Below, piece after piece: positions 52,088-62,146 of a stretch of 64,000 bases of DNA. The position numbers were made by a program, and so were the translations under genes. The first letter of the stretch is position 1. Each line of letters begins with the position of its first letter. Origin of the DNA: Methanofastidiosum sp. Its GTDB lineage: Archaea > Methanobacteriota_B > Thermococci > Methanofastidiosales > Methanofastidiosaceae. The stretch spans positions 1,295,961 to 1,359,960 of the forward strand of contig JAXGZJ010000001.1 of assembly GCA_040771805.1 (NCBI GenBank), in the 5' to 3' direction. A model generated the notes under the pieces. That model had not been told where the DNA came from, did no database searches, and saw only the letters and a list, made by a program, of their open reading frames with translations.

Positions 52088-52612
52088 ATGTCCCATTTAG
52101 TAATAGCATACCCAGAATTAAAAAAGAAAGACTATTCTTGGATACAGGAATTAAGAAGTAAATATGACTTACTTTATTATGACATTATAAATCCACATTT
52201 TAAATTTATATTTCCAGTTTTTTATCTAGATAAGAAGGAGCTCATTTCTGAAGTAAAAGAAAAATCTAGGGGATTAAAAATAATAAATTTCAGCCTAAGA
52301 TGTGCCATAATAAATAAGGATCCATTTAATGATTACTGGCATATATTTTTTGTTCCAGATGAGGGTTATAGCGATATCACAAAAGCCCATGATAAATTAT
52401 ATTCTGGGAAACTAAAAGATGAACTTTTCTTGGCAATACCTTATATCCCCCATATAGGGATTGGAAATTCTACCAATGCAAATGACTGCAAGATTCTTGT
52501 AGATGAATTAAATGAAAGAAATTTTGAGATTAAAGGTAAAATTAAAAATCTTTCAATTATTTCAATTATAGAAAAAAAGGTGGAAGATATTGAAACAATA
52601 GAATTAGAGTAA
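52088..52612 (+). CDS. Hypothetical protein (possible degenerate 2H-phosphoesterase-like fold)
   Basis: 174 aa. There are two H-x-x-x segments (PHFKF, PHIGIG) where 2H enzymes carry H-x-T/S-x. This assignment is speculative. Confidence 0.3.
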   Translation: MSHLVIAYPELKKKDYSWIQELRSKYDLLYYDIINPHFKFIFPVFYLDKKELISEVKEKSRGLKIINFSLRCAIINKDPFNDYWHIFFVPDEGYSDITKAHDKLYSGKLKDELFLAIPYIPHIGIGNSTNANDCKILVDELNERNFEIKGKIKNLSIISIIEKKVEDIETIELE

Positions 52613-52719
52613 TTAATTGACATTATTTATTTAATGTACTTATCTCAGTTTATCCACTAAACTTAAAAACATAGCCAATATATCAAAGAAAAGAGCTATA
52701 TTGTATAATTGGTGAGTAT

Positions 52720-54636
52720 ATGGGCTATACTATTTCTGAAAAAATCATATCCTCTCATTTAGTTGAAGGTGATATGAAAAGTCAAAGTCTTATAGGAATT
52801 AAAATTGATCAAACTCTAACTCAAGATGCAACAGGTACCTTAGCGTATTTGCAGTTTGAAGCAATGGGGGTACCTAAAGTAAAAACTGAGCTATCTGTGA
52901 GTTATGTTGACCACAATACTCTTCAGACTTCATTTGAGAATGCCGACGATCATATGTATCTACAAAGTGTCGCAAAAAAATATGGTTTAGTTTTTTCCCG
53001 GCCAGGTAATGGAATATGTCACCAGCTACACCTTGAGAGATTTGGGATCCCTGGAAAAACTCTTTTGGGTTCAGATAGTCACACGCCCACAGGAGGGGGG
53101 ATAGGGATGATATCTATTGGTGCTGGAGGGCTTGATGTTGCACTTGCAATGGCAGGAGAGCCTTTTTATTTGAAAATGCCAAATATAGTTGAGGTATGTC
53201 TTGAGGGTGAGCTACCTGAGTGGACTTCTGCAAAAGATATAATTTTAGATCTATTGAGGAGATTATCTGTTAAAGGCGGAGTCAACAAAATCTTTGAATT
53301 TACTGGAAAGGGAATTGAGAGTTTGACTGTTCCTGAGCGGGCTACAATTACTAATATGGGAACAGAACTTGGAGCGACAACTTCTATTTTTCCAAGTGAT
53401 AAAATAACAAAGGCATTCATGAAATCGGAAGGTAGGAGTGATCAATGGCAAAAAATCAAAGCAGATAATGGTGCAGAATATTCTGAAACTATTTTCATTG
53501 ATTTGAATGAATTAGAGCCCATGATTGCAAAACCACATATGCCGGATAATGTTGTAAAAATAAATGAAATCGAAGGTATTAAAGTTTCACAAGTTGCTAT
53601 TGGAAGTTGCACCAACTCATCCTATAAAGATTTGGCCCTCGTATCTGAAGTGCTTAAGGGAAAGACAGTTCATCCCGATGTAAGTCTTGTAGTTTCTCCT
53701 GGTTCTAAACAGGTCTTTTCTATGATGGTCAAGGATGGATATCTAAAAAATATTGTAGATGCCGGAGGGAGGATTTTAGAATGTACCTGCGGTCCTTGTA
53801 TTGGAATGGGACAAGCCCCAACATCCAAAGGAACGTCTCTTAGAACTTTTAATAGAAATTTCAAAGGCAGGAGTGGAACAAAAGATGCGGATATTTATCT
53901 AGTAAGTCCCGAAGTCGCAGTCGCAGCAGCAATATATGGAGTTATTACTGATCCACGAAAACTGGGAAAATACCCAAAAATAAAGATGCCCGAAAAATTT
54001 GAAATAAACGATAACATGTTTATTTTCCCAGGCGAGAATAAAAAAGATGTAGAAATAATTAGGGGGCCGAATATAAAGCCGGTACCTAGAAATGAAGTTT
54101 TAAAAGATCCACTGAAAGGCTCCGTTTTATTGAAAACTGGAGACAATATTACAACTGATGATATTATGCCAGCTGGCGCAAAAATATTGCCACTAAGATC
54201 CAATATACCCAAAATTTCTGAATATACATTTGAAAGAATTGATAAAGACTTTCCTTCTAGAGCTAAAGCTAAAGGTGGAGGATTTATAATTGGGGGTAGT
54301 AACTATGGTCAAGGGTCTTCTAGAGAACACGCTGCAATAGCACCAATGTTTCTGGGTATTAAAGCTGTAATTGCAAAAAGTTTTGCAAGAATTCATCAAG
54401 CAAATCTAATTAATTTTGGAATAGTTCCATTAACATTTTCTGATGAAAGAGATTATGACAGGGTAGATTTTGGTGATGAACTAGTAATAGAGTTGGGAGA
54501 TTTTAATAATATAATATGTAAAAACATAACAAAGAAAGAAGATTATAAGCTTAATAAAAATCTTTTAACACGTGACCTAGAACTTTTAAAGGCTGGTGGG
54601 GCCTTAAATTATGTATATAACAAAATGAGGCGATAA
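52720..54636 (+). CDS. Aconitate hydratase (aconitase family)
   Basis: Fe-S ligand motifs ([17 protein letters not shown]) and the C-terminal swivel domain ([15 protein letters not shown]) are present. An icd gene follows immediately. Confidence 0.8.
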   Translation: MGYTISEKIISSHLVEGDMKSQSLIGIKIDQTLTQDATGTLAYLQFEAMGVPKVKTELSVSYVDHNTLQTSFENADDHMYLQSVAKKYGLVFSRPGNGICHQLHLERFGIPGKTLLGSDSHTPTGGGIGMISIGAGGLDVALAMAGEPFYLKMPNIVEVCLEGELPEWTSAKDIILDLLRRLSVKGGVNKIFEFTGKGIESLTVPERATITNMGTELGATTSIFPSDKITKAFMKSEGRSDQWQKIKADNGAEYSETIFIDLNELEPMIAKPHMPDNVVKINEIEGIKVSQVAIGSCTNSSYKDLALVSEVLKGKTVHPDVSLVVSPGSKQVFSMMVKDGYLKNIVDAGGRILECTCGPCIGMGQAPTSKGTSLRTFNRNFKGRSGTKDADIYLVSPEVAVAAAIYGVITDPRKLGKYPKIKMPEKFEINDNMFIFPGENKKDVEIIRGPNIKPVPRNEVLKDPLKGSVLLKTGDNITTDDIMPAGAKILPLRSNIPKISEYTFERIDKDFPSRAKAKGGGFIIGGSNYGQGSSREHAAIAPMFLGIKAVIAKSFARIHQANLINFGIVPLTFSDERDYDRVDFGDELVIELGDFNNIICKNITKKEDYKLNKNLLTRDLELLKAGGALNYVYNKMRR

Positions 54637-54637
54637 A

Positions 54638-55837
54638 GTGGATGGAGATTTAATCACAATTAAGTCCGGAAAAATTGATGTTCCAAATTACCCGATTATC
54701 CCTTTTATTGAAGGAGACGGAATAGGCCCAGACATATGGAAAGTAACTCAAAGAATTATTGATTCTGCGATTCAAAAAGTATATGGAAGTAAGAGGAAAA
54801 TTTATTGGACTGAAGTATTGGCTGGGGAAAAAGCTTTCAATAAAACAAAAAGTTGGCTTCCTGATGAAACGGTAGAAAAAATAAAAGAGAGTGTGGTGGG
54901 CATTAAGGGCCCATTGACTACTCCGGTAGGCGGTGGAATCCGAAGTATCAATGTCACTTTACGACAAGTCCTTGATCTATATGCTTGTATAAGGCCAGTT
55001 AGATACTATGAGGGAATTCCTTCTCCAATGAAACACCCAGAGCATGTCAATATGGTTGTATTTAGGGAAAATACTGAAGATGTATATTCTGGGATTGAAT
55101 GGCCTGCTAATTCTGATGAAGCCAATAAAGTAATTTCGTACCTAGAAACAAACTTTGGAACAAAAATAAGGAAAAACTCAAGTATAGGTATAAAGCCTAT
55201 TTCAGAATTTGGAACAAAAAGAATTGCTAAAAAAGCATTCGATTATGCTATTGAAAATAATAGAAAATCCGTTACGGTGGTTCATAAAGGAAATATAATG
55301 AAGTATACTGAAGGAGCTTTCAAAAATTGGACATATGATCTTGCAAATGTGGAATATAAGGGAAAGATCATTCCATATACAGAATATAAAAATTCTGGAA
55401 TTGTTCTAAAAGATGCTATAGCGGATAATATGTTTCAACAGATTCTTTTGAGGCCTTCCGAATATGATGTACTTGTAATGCCAAATCTTAATGGAGATTA
55501 TTTCTCTGATGCACTTGCCGCCCAAGTAGGGGGGCTTGGAATAGCTCCTGGAGGAAATATAGGTGAAGGGTATGCGGTATTTGAAGCAACACATGGCACT
55601 GCACCGAAATATGCTGGAATGGATAAAGTCAATCCTGGTTCATTGCTCCTATCAAGTGTCATGATGTTAAACTACCTCGGGTGGAATGAAGCCGCTACAT
55701 TAATTGAAAAGAGCTTTGGTGAAACAATAAAACAAAAATATGTTACCTATGATTTTGCAAGACAAATGGAAGGTGCAACTGAAGTTAAATGTTCTGAGTT
55801 CGGTGAGAGGATAATAGCAAATATGAATATTATTTAA
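54638..55837 (+). CDS. icd: Isocitrate dehydrogenase (NADP-type)
   Basis: N-terminal hallmark [14 protein letters not shown]. Isocitrate/isopropylmalate DH fold with [12 protein letters not shown] start. Confidence 0.85.
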   Translation: MDGDLITIKSGKIDVPNYPIIPFIEGDGIGPDIWKVTQRIIDSAIQKVYGSKRKIYWTEVLAGEKAFNKTKSWLPDETVEKIKESVVGIKGPLTTPVGGGIRSINVTLRQVLDLYACIRPVRYYEGIPSPMKHPEHVNMVVFRENTEDVYSGIEWPANSDEANKVISYLETNFGTKIRKNSSIGIKPISEFGTKRIAKKAFDYAIENNRKSVTVVHKGNIMKYTEGAFKNWTYDLANVEYKGKIIPYTEYKNSGIVLKDAIADNMFQQILLRPSEYDVLVMPNLNGDYFSDALAAQVGGLGIAPGGNIGEGYAVFEATHGTAPKYAGMDKVNPGSLLLSSVMMLNYLGWNEAATLIEKSFGETIKQKYVTYDFARQMEGATEVKCSEFGERIIANMNII

Positions 55838-56093
55838 TTTTTTTTCTACTAGTTTTTTTCCTTCGAATTACTTCTTTTTTGAATTCTTCAATACTCTCTT
55901 CGGAAATCTCAGGAAAATATAAAAGATCATTAATAAACAAGCCCTTTTTGATGCTGCCATATCCACATTCTTTGCAAATATCCCGGACCATGTATTTAAA
56001 TGATTCAACAGATACATCAGTGCTACCACAATTTGGGCAAACTTTAATATACCCTCTCATACGTGTTCCATCAACGGAGTTACTCTTTTTCAT
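55830..56093 (-). CDS. Small zinc-ribbon protein (hypothetical)
   Basis: CPNCG...CKECG zinc-ribbon pair followed by a basic C-terminal tail. Confidence 0.4.
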   Translation of the reverse strand: MKKSNSVDGTRMRGYIKVCPNCGSTDVSVESFKYMVRDICKECGYGSIKKGLFINDLLYFPEISEESIEEFKKEVIRRKKTSRKKIK

Positions 56094-56310
56094 AACATCT
56101 GTACTTCTAAATGGTATTTATTGTTTTGATTATTTAAATTTTGACTAATAAGATCATGGTGATAATTATATCCTGTTCAAACTTTTCACGATGATCATAT
56201 ATGCACGATAGCCTATGCATACGCCTACTTTCACACCGTTGACATGTGCCTATTTTTCCAGTATATTGATTTAGTAGTTTTCATATGCATACAATATAAA
56301 CATAAATACA

Positions 56311-56322
56311 TTTTATAAATAG
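56311..56322 (+). promoter_or_regulatory. Archaeal TATA-box candidate TTTTATAAATAG
   Basis: It lies only 3-5 nt before ATG 56325. This implies a leaderless start 20-40 nt further downstream (TTG 56343, GTG 56346 or TTG 56355). Confidence 0.35.
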
Positions 56323-56324
56323 AA

Positions 56325-57236
56325 ATGTTGTTATACTTTTACTTGGTGGCAAATTTGAAAATTTTAATAATTACCCAGAAAAAATCCAAAGTATTGAGCA
56401 CCCTTTTAGAATCTAAAGAGGTAGTGGGTATTATAGAGCCAAGGGAAGACAAACATTTAAGCAGTATTGTTGAAAAAGCTATATTTAAAAATATTAAATC
56501 TGTAGCCAAAAAATATCACATTCCTTATTTATTGATGAAAGATAGAAAACAGAATATACTTGACTGGATTAGGGATAAAAATCCTGATTTGATAGTTGTA
56601 TATTCTATGCCATTTTTGCTTAAAGAAGAGGTATTCTCTTTTCCAAGTCTAGGTACTATCAATCTACATACCGCTCTATTACCTAAATATCGGGGGGCCG
56701 TACCTATCTTTTGGACATACTATTATTTTGACATGGATACTGGAGTTACAGTCCATTATATTGATAAAGGAGAAGATACAGGTGACATAGTTTTACAAAA
56801 AGAGGTAAAAGTAGACTTTGGCGAAAGATATTATGAATTAAGGTCAAAATTTGAAGAAATAGGTGCTGTAGCCATACTGGAAGCCATAAATAATATAGAA
56901 TCTGGTAAGGCCAATAGAATAAAACAATCGATAGATTCCCCTACTCCGCGCGCAATAAGGGTCAAAAGAGAATATTATATAGAACTAATTGATTGGAATT
57001 GGAATTTGGAAAGAATATGGCATTTTTTTAGAGGAACTGAAAATTATCTAAAGCATATCTTAATTAAAAATAAATTTATTTCTAAAATATTTAGGATAGA
57101 AATAGGCAAAATGGAAATAGTTGGGCATAATTTTGTAATTGGTAGTCTTCACAAGGATGTAAATGGAAAGTTTATTGCTTGTAAGGGCGGTAAAGTATAT
57201 TACAAATTTAAATTATGGAATCCTGAAAAAAAATAA
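56325..57236 (+). CDS. Formyltransferase-family protein (Fmt-like N- and C-domains)
   Basis: The catalytic region NLHTALLPKYRGAVPIFW is present. An Fmt-like N-terminus reads best from TTG 56355 (M-KILIITQ), so the true start is probably internal to the listed ORF. Confidence 0.65.
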   Translation: MLLYFYLVANLKILIITQKKSKVLSTLLESKEVVGIIEPREDKHLSSIVEKAIFKNIKSVAKKYHIPYLLMKDRKQNILDWIRDKNPDLIVVYSMPFLLKEEVFSFPSLGTINLHTALLPKYRGAVPIFWTYYYFDMDTGVTVHYIDKGEDTGDIVLQKEVKVDFGERYYELRSKFEEIGAVAILEAINNIESGKANRIKQSIDSPTPRAIRVKREYYIELIDWNWNLERIWHFFRGTENYLKHILIKNKFISKIFRIEIGKMEIVGHNFVIGSLHKDVNGKFIACKGGKVYYKFKLWNPEKK

Positions 57237-57245
57237 TCTATTAAT

Positions 57246-57779
57246 TTAATTGTTTTGATGTGGGTAATTCCAAAGGCCAACTTTATTAATTCTGGCATAT
57301 GTCTCAGCTTTAACTAATATAATATAGTAATCAGATTTTTTTTCTGTATACACTCTTGCAAATCCATTTTTAACTAATTCTAAATTGAAATTACTATTAT
57401 CAATGTGTATATAGGCTAAAGTTCTACCAAATTGATCTTTTTGACCCTGGATAGTGTCATAAGAGATATTTACTTCTTTATTATATAACCTTTCGTTAGT
57501 ATAGTTAAATGCATTTACTCCCCATTCTCTCAGATGTTTATCTGGAAGATTATACCACTTACTTTCATTGTTTTTTGAATAAGGTTCTGGTGTATCTATG
57601 CCTACAAGTCTTACTTTTTCTATCTTTCCCTCAATTAAAATTTCAATAGTATCCCCATCTATTACTTTAGTTACTAAAATATTATTTATCCTATCGGAAG
57701 GGCGATATTTTAAGTTTATAGGATCAACACAGCAAGTTGAAATTAAAAGAAAAAAAATAACAATCAGTATTTTTTTCAT
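57246..57779 (-). CDS. Secreted thermonuclease (staphylococcal nuclease, SNase-like)
   Basis: Signal peptide plus the SNase active-site pattern DGDTIEIL...VRLVGIDTPE. Confidence 0.75.
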   Translation of the reverse strand: MKKILIVIFFLLISTCCVDPINLKYRPSDRINNILVTKVIDGDTIEILIEGKIEKVRLVGIDTPEPYSKNNESKWYNLPDKHLREWGVNAFNYTNERLYNKEVNISYDTIQGQKDQFGRTLAYIHIDNSNFNLELVKNGFARVYTEKKSDYYIILVKAETYARINKVGLWNYPHQNN

Positions 57780-57889
57780 ATTTTTTTAACTGACAATTAC
57801 TTATAAAAAGGTATCATATATGTCCTATGTTTACCGTAATATTATAGATAAATGGTAATTCTTTTATTCGATACCGTTAAATAGATTTT

Positions 57890-58546
57890 ATGGAAGAGTT
57901 AATAAATGAATCTAACTCTTTTTTAGAGGCCAATAAATATCTAGCTAATGGGATATATGAAAAAGCAATAAAACTTTATGAAAAATTTATTAATGATAAT
58001 ATAAATAACGATAGATTAAAGGATATCGGAAGGGCGTATCATAATATGGGAGTTGCTTACGATAATCAAAAAAAATATGATTTAGCAATGGAATGCTTTA
58101 ACAAAGCATTGGAATGTCATTCTAAAAATAATAACTTTAAGGGAATGTCTTGGGCATATTTTAGCATGGGGCTTGTTTATGGAACACTTAATAAATTTCA
58201 GGATATGGTAGAGTCTACTAAAAAAGCGATTGATTTCGGTTCGAAAGTAGAGGATCTTGAAATAATTATTAAGTCTTGCAACAGCATAGCACACGCATTT
58301 ACTCAATTGAATGAATATTCTGAATCCATAAAATATCTTGATCAAGCATTAGAAATTGAAAAGGAACTTGAAGATTCATTTTATTTGTCAGAATCCTATT
58401 ACCTCAAAGGAATTGTGTTAGAAAAACTAAATTTAAAAAAAGAAGCAAAAGATTGTTTTGAGTTGGCCGTAGAAGAAGGTGTTAAAGCTCAAAATGAAAA
58501 AATAGTAACTTTAGCACTTTCTACATTGTCTGAAATACAAGCTTAA
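57890..58546 (+). CDS. TPR-repeat protein
   Basis: Contains about five TPR-like helical repeats (..AYHNMGVAYDNQKKYDLAMECFNKALE..). Confidence 0.7.
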   Translation: MEELINESNSFLEANKYLANGIYEKAIKLYEKFINDNINNDRLKDIGRAYHNMGVAYDNQKKYDLAMECFNKALECHSKNNNFKGMSWAYFSMGLVYGTLNKFQDMVESTKKAIDFGSKVEDLEIIIKSCNSIAHAFTQLNEYSESIKYLDQALEIEKELEDSFYLSESYYLKGIVLEKLNLKKEAKDCFELAVEEGVKAQNEKIVTLALSTLSEIQA

Positions 58547-58562
58547 TAACAAAGCGCTAAAT

Positions 58563-58988
58563 TTAATTTTTAGTGAATGTTAATATTGTTTTCCCTTTGT
58601 CATCAATTAAGCTGAGTTTGTTTCCTTCTAATTTGAATGATTTAACCAAGCTAAGATTATTTAAGTATGTTTTTTCTTGTTCCATTACTCCAGGATTTTT
58701 ACATGCCATTTTTGTGGATCCAATTAATCCAAATGAAATAAACTTACCGTTTAGAGTGTAATTTGCGAAAAAAGTATTGCAGCCTGATGCCCCTGATATC
58801 CTGCCGTCCTTAAATTCAAGAGTTGCTTTAGTGTTAGCTATTGGACTTACTAGGTGACCTGAATTATTCAAATAAGTATTTAATTTCCAAGAAGTCCCTT
58901 CAAGATTTGGAGTAACTTGATTTCCGCATCCAACTAAAAAAATGGGAATCAACAATATTAAAAATAATGATACAGCTCTCTTCTTCAT
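58563..58988 (-). CDS. META domain (HslJ-like) lipoprotein, paralogue of 5164-5595
   Basis: Lipobox LVGC. It carries the same motifs as the paralogue (LEGTSWKL, GASGCNTFF, MACKNPGVMEQEK). Confidence 0.7.
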   Translation of the reverse strand: MKKRAVSLFLILLIPIFLVGCGNQVTPNLEGTSWKLNTYLNNSGHLVSPIANTKATLEFKDGRISGASGCNTFFANYTLNGKFISFGLIGSTKMACKNPGVMEQEKTYLNNLSLVKSFKLEGNKLSLIDDKGKTILTFTKN

Positions 58989-59203
58989 ATCACAACACCA
59001 TACTGTTACTTATTTAAACTACATTAAAGTATATATATTTTTCTATTAGTATTATGATCTTAACTTATCTAAAAATTATAACTTCTGCAACTAAAGAATT
59101 CATGTTTCTAACTCGAATTAATCCCGTATTAGGGATTTTAGATTTTTTCATATGTGCCTTCAATTAACAATAAATACATAAAAATAATTCATCTATTGAT
59201 TAA

Positions 59204-59605
59204 ATGGATTTTATTAAAGAATTTATAGAAAATGACAAATTTGCAAAGTCAGTAGGAATCGAATTATTAGAAGTATCACTTGGCTATGCAAAAGCAAAAA
59301 TGGAAATAAAAGATATTCACCACAATTCGATTAACACTGTGCATTGTGGAGCGATTTTCACCCTAGCAGATTTCACATTTGCAGTGGCTGCAAATACACA
59401 CAATAAGATGTCTGTGGCGTTAAATGTGAATATTTCTTTCCTAAAAGCTATATCTGAGGGAGTTTTAATTGCTGAAGCACAAGAAATTTCAGTTAATCCA
59501 AAAATTGCTACATACAAGATTCTTGTATCAAATGATTTAGGGGAAATAATAGCAACGTTTGAAGGAATGGCGTATAGGAAAGAAAGATCTTTAGTGAAAG
59601 AATAA
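59204..59605 (+). CDS. PaaI-like hotdog-fold thioesterase
   Basis: The region HNSINTVHCGAIFTLADFTFAVAAN is typical of PaaI/YbgC-like hotdog thioesterases. Confidence 0.75.
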   Translation: MDFIKEFIENDKFAKSVGIELLEVSLGYAKAKMEIKDIHHNSINTVHCGAIFTLADFTFAVAANTHNKMSVALNVNISFLKAISEGVLIAEAQEISVNPKIATYKILVSNDLGEIIATFEGMAYRKERSLVKE

Positions 59606-59652
59606 AACAAATTATTTATAATAGTTCATACTTAGCGTATATTGGTGATGTT

Positions 59653-59847
59653 ATGCCTTTTGTTGAAATATATTTGTGGAAAGAAACAAGTGACGACTTG
59701 AAAAAGGAAAGATTAATTAACGAAGTTTCAAAAAAAGTCAGTGAAATAACAGGGGCACCTCTTGATGCAGTTGAAATATTAATCACAGAAATTCCTAAGG
59801 CAAATTGGGGAAAAGGTGGAATTCCTGCTTCAAAGTGGCAAATATAA
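59653..59847 (+). CDS. 4-oxalocrotonate tautomerase family protein
   Basis: N-terminal catalytic Pro (MPFVEIYLW) and the 64-aa length fit the tautomerase pattern. Confidence 0.7.
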   Translation: MPFVEIYLWKETSDDLKKERLINEVSKKVSEITGAPLDAVEILITEIPKANWGKGGIPASKWQI

Positions 59848-60170
59848 TAAATAAAATTTAACTATCAATTTCTATGTTTTTTTATCTTTTAATTTTATAA
59901 GTATTTGAAGGCTTCAATGCATCTCTTAATAACGAATAGGAAAGCTTTCATCATTTTATCTTGAGTTAAAGTACTAATGCTATTGATAGCCTAATCATCT
60001 AATGCATTATCCCATTCTCATTGACTTTAGCCATCCATCTTTATCACACTTATTATCAATTATCCAAAAATACCAATATTGAATAGCCACTAGTTGATTA
60101 GTTATCAAAGCAAGACAAATATGTCTAGAGTGGCTAGAATTCACTATGGATGTGTAAAATATTCTTTCTA

Positions 60171-60410
60171 TCACTCTAGCAATAATTTTTCTATAGATAT
60201 AATATTAACTGGACAGGAATCTACAGCTGATTGAACACATTCTAACATATCTTCTCCCACTTCCCCTTCCGAGTCATTTTTACCCCTATATTCCTTAGTT
60301 ATTTTTGAACTTTCACCAGGCTCTAAAATAAAAACTTCGGGACAAGTTGCGCTACAATTTCCGCAAAGAATACATTCTTCTTGTTTTATATGGACTTTCA
60401 TCATAATCAC
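60171..60410 (-). CDS. 4Fe-4S ferredoxin (single-cluster type)
   Basis: Cluster motif CILCGNCSATCP plus a distal C..CP. Confidence 0.75.
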   Translation of the reverse strand: MIMMKVHIKQEECILCGNCSATCPEVFILEPGESSKITKEYRGKNDSEGEVGEDMLECVQSAVDSCPVNIISIEKLLLE

Positions 60411-60613
60411 AAATAATTACTTACCTGATCTTTTATAAAATTTTATATTATTTGGCGTTAAATAAATAATCACAAAAACATCTAAGATTGATGCATACCT
60501 GCCCATTTCATGCCCAAGTAAATATAAGAAAAGAGTAAGAGGCAAAAATCATATATTTTAATAAATCCACAATCATATCAAATATAGATAGATTTATAAT
60601 ATAAGTAAATATT

Positions 60614-62041
60614 TTGAAGTCAATTAATTATTTAGGTCTTTTAATGCCAGAAAAAAATGATTTGATAGAAAATAAAACTCATACCGAGGGGATAAAGACT
60701 CTTTTGGGCGACCCTAAAAACGCTATATTAAAGTTATCAATCCCTATGATTATAGCCATGCTTGTTCAAACACTTTATAATTTTGCTGATGCCTTATGGG
60801 TTTCATTTTTGGGACCTGAAGCATTATCTGCGGTTGGATTCTTTTTTCCTTTTTCTTACATGATTATGTCTGTTGGTGCAGGTATAGGCATGGGGGGAAG
60901 TGCTGCAATATCAAGATTTATTGGGGCACATAAGAAAGAAAAGGCCGATAATGTTGCTGCGCATACAATAGTATTAATGTTGGTAATGGGAATAGTTATT
61001 ACAATTCCTTTTGTTGTATTTTCAAGAAATATTTTTGAAATAATGAAGGCAGGAAATGTAATTGAAGACGCCACTAAGTATGCACAGATTATGTTTGGGG
61101 GTACATTACTAGTTTTCTTTTCTAATGTCGCTAATTCTATCCTTAGGGGTGAAGGCGATACAAAAAGATCAATGTATGCCATGGCATTTGGTTCTATTTT
61201 GAATATAATTCTTGATCCAATATTCATATATCCTTTAAAAATGGGAGTCCCAGGGGCAGCTTGGGCGTCAATTATATCCCTAGCAATATCTTCTATGATT
61301 TTATTTTATTGGCTTTTTGTTAAAAAGAACAGTTATGTTTCAACTTCTCTATCAAAATTTAGGTTTCATAAATCTATACTAATTGATATACTGAGGGTGG
61401 GGATACCTTTTTCACTTTCCCAGTTACTAATGTCATTTTCTTTTTTAGGTTTAAATTTTATCGTTGTATCCGTAGGTGGCACTGACGGAATAGCTATTTA
61501 CACCACAGGATGGAGGATTGTAATGTTTGGTACATTACCCTTGATTGGTATGTCTACTGCGGTAACTGCTGTTACTGGGGCTGCTTATGGTGCAAATGAA
61601 ATAAAAAAAATGGATACTGCATATCTCTATTCTGTAAAGTTAGGTGTATTGATAGAGGCTTTTGTTGCAACAACTGTTTTTATATTTGCGCCTCAAATCG
61701 CGTCAATATTCACTCAATCGGCCGGAGGGGCGAGAATTTTAGATGATCTGATTTTATTTCTAAGAATTTCTTCAGTATTTTATCCCTCAGTAGCATTTGG
61801 AATGTTTTCTTCAGCTTTATTTCAGGGAACTGGAAGAGGTATTAACGCGCTTATTATAACTCTCTTTAGAACAATAATTTTTATAATACCGTTTTCTTAT
61901 CTATTCTCCATATTTATACAAATGGGACTTAGAGGAGTTTGGTTAGGCATAGTTGCCGGAAATATAACTGGCGCATTTGTTGCATTTGTATGGGCAAGAT
62001 TTTATATTACTCGATTGTTGAGAATAAACAACATTTCCTGA
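60614..62041 (+). CDS. MATE family efflux transporter
   Basis: 12-TM MATE pattern (..PMIIAMLVQTLYNFADALWVSFLGPEALSA..). Confidence 0.85.
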   Translation: MKSINYLGLLMPEKNDLIENKTHTEGIKTLLGDPKNAILKLSIPMIIAMLVQTLYNFADALWVSFLGPEALSAVGFFFPFSYMIMSVGAGIGMGGSAAISRFIGAHKKEKADNVAAHTIVLMLVMGIVITIPFVVFSRNIFEIMKAGNVIEDATKYAQIMFGGTLLVFFSNVANSILRGEGDTKRSMYAMAFGSILNIILDPIFIYPLKMGVPGAAWASIISLAISSMILFYWLFVKKNSYVSTSLSKFRFHKSILIDILRVGIPFSLSQLLMSFSFLGLNFIVVSVGGTDGIAIYTTGWRIVMFGTLPLIGMSTAVTAVTGAAYGANEIKKMDTAYLYSVKLGVLIEAFVATTVFIFAPQIASIFTQSAGGARILDDLILFLRISSVFYPSVAFGMFSSALFQGTGRGINALIITLFRTIIFIIPFSYLFSIFIQMGLRGVWLGIVAGNITGAFVAFVWARFYITRLLRINNIS

Positions 62042-62146
62042 TTTTTGCATAATCTATATGTTATTTGTTATTTAGGTAATGTTATATTGAGAAAATTTGA
62101 CAGATAAATTCTTATACTAATAATTGCAATAGTATTTGGTGAGTTA

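Noticed and set aside
56325-57236. Annotating as methionyl-tRNA formyltransferase (fmt)
   Set aside because: Archaea do not use formyl-Met initiation. Only the family assignment is supported.
60031-60156. Second inverted repeat (ccatccat...atggatg) as a structured RNA
   Set aside because: Arms are imperfect and short. I could not build a consistent stem by eye.
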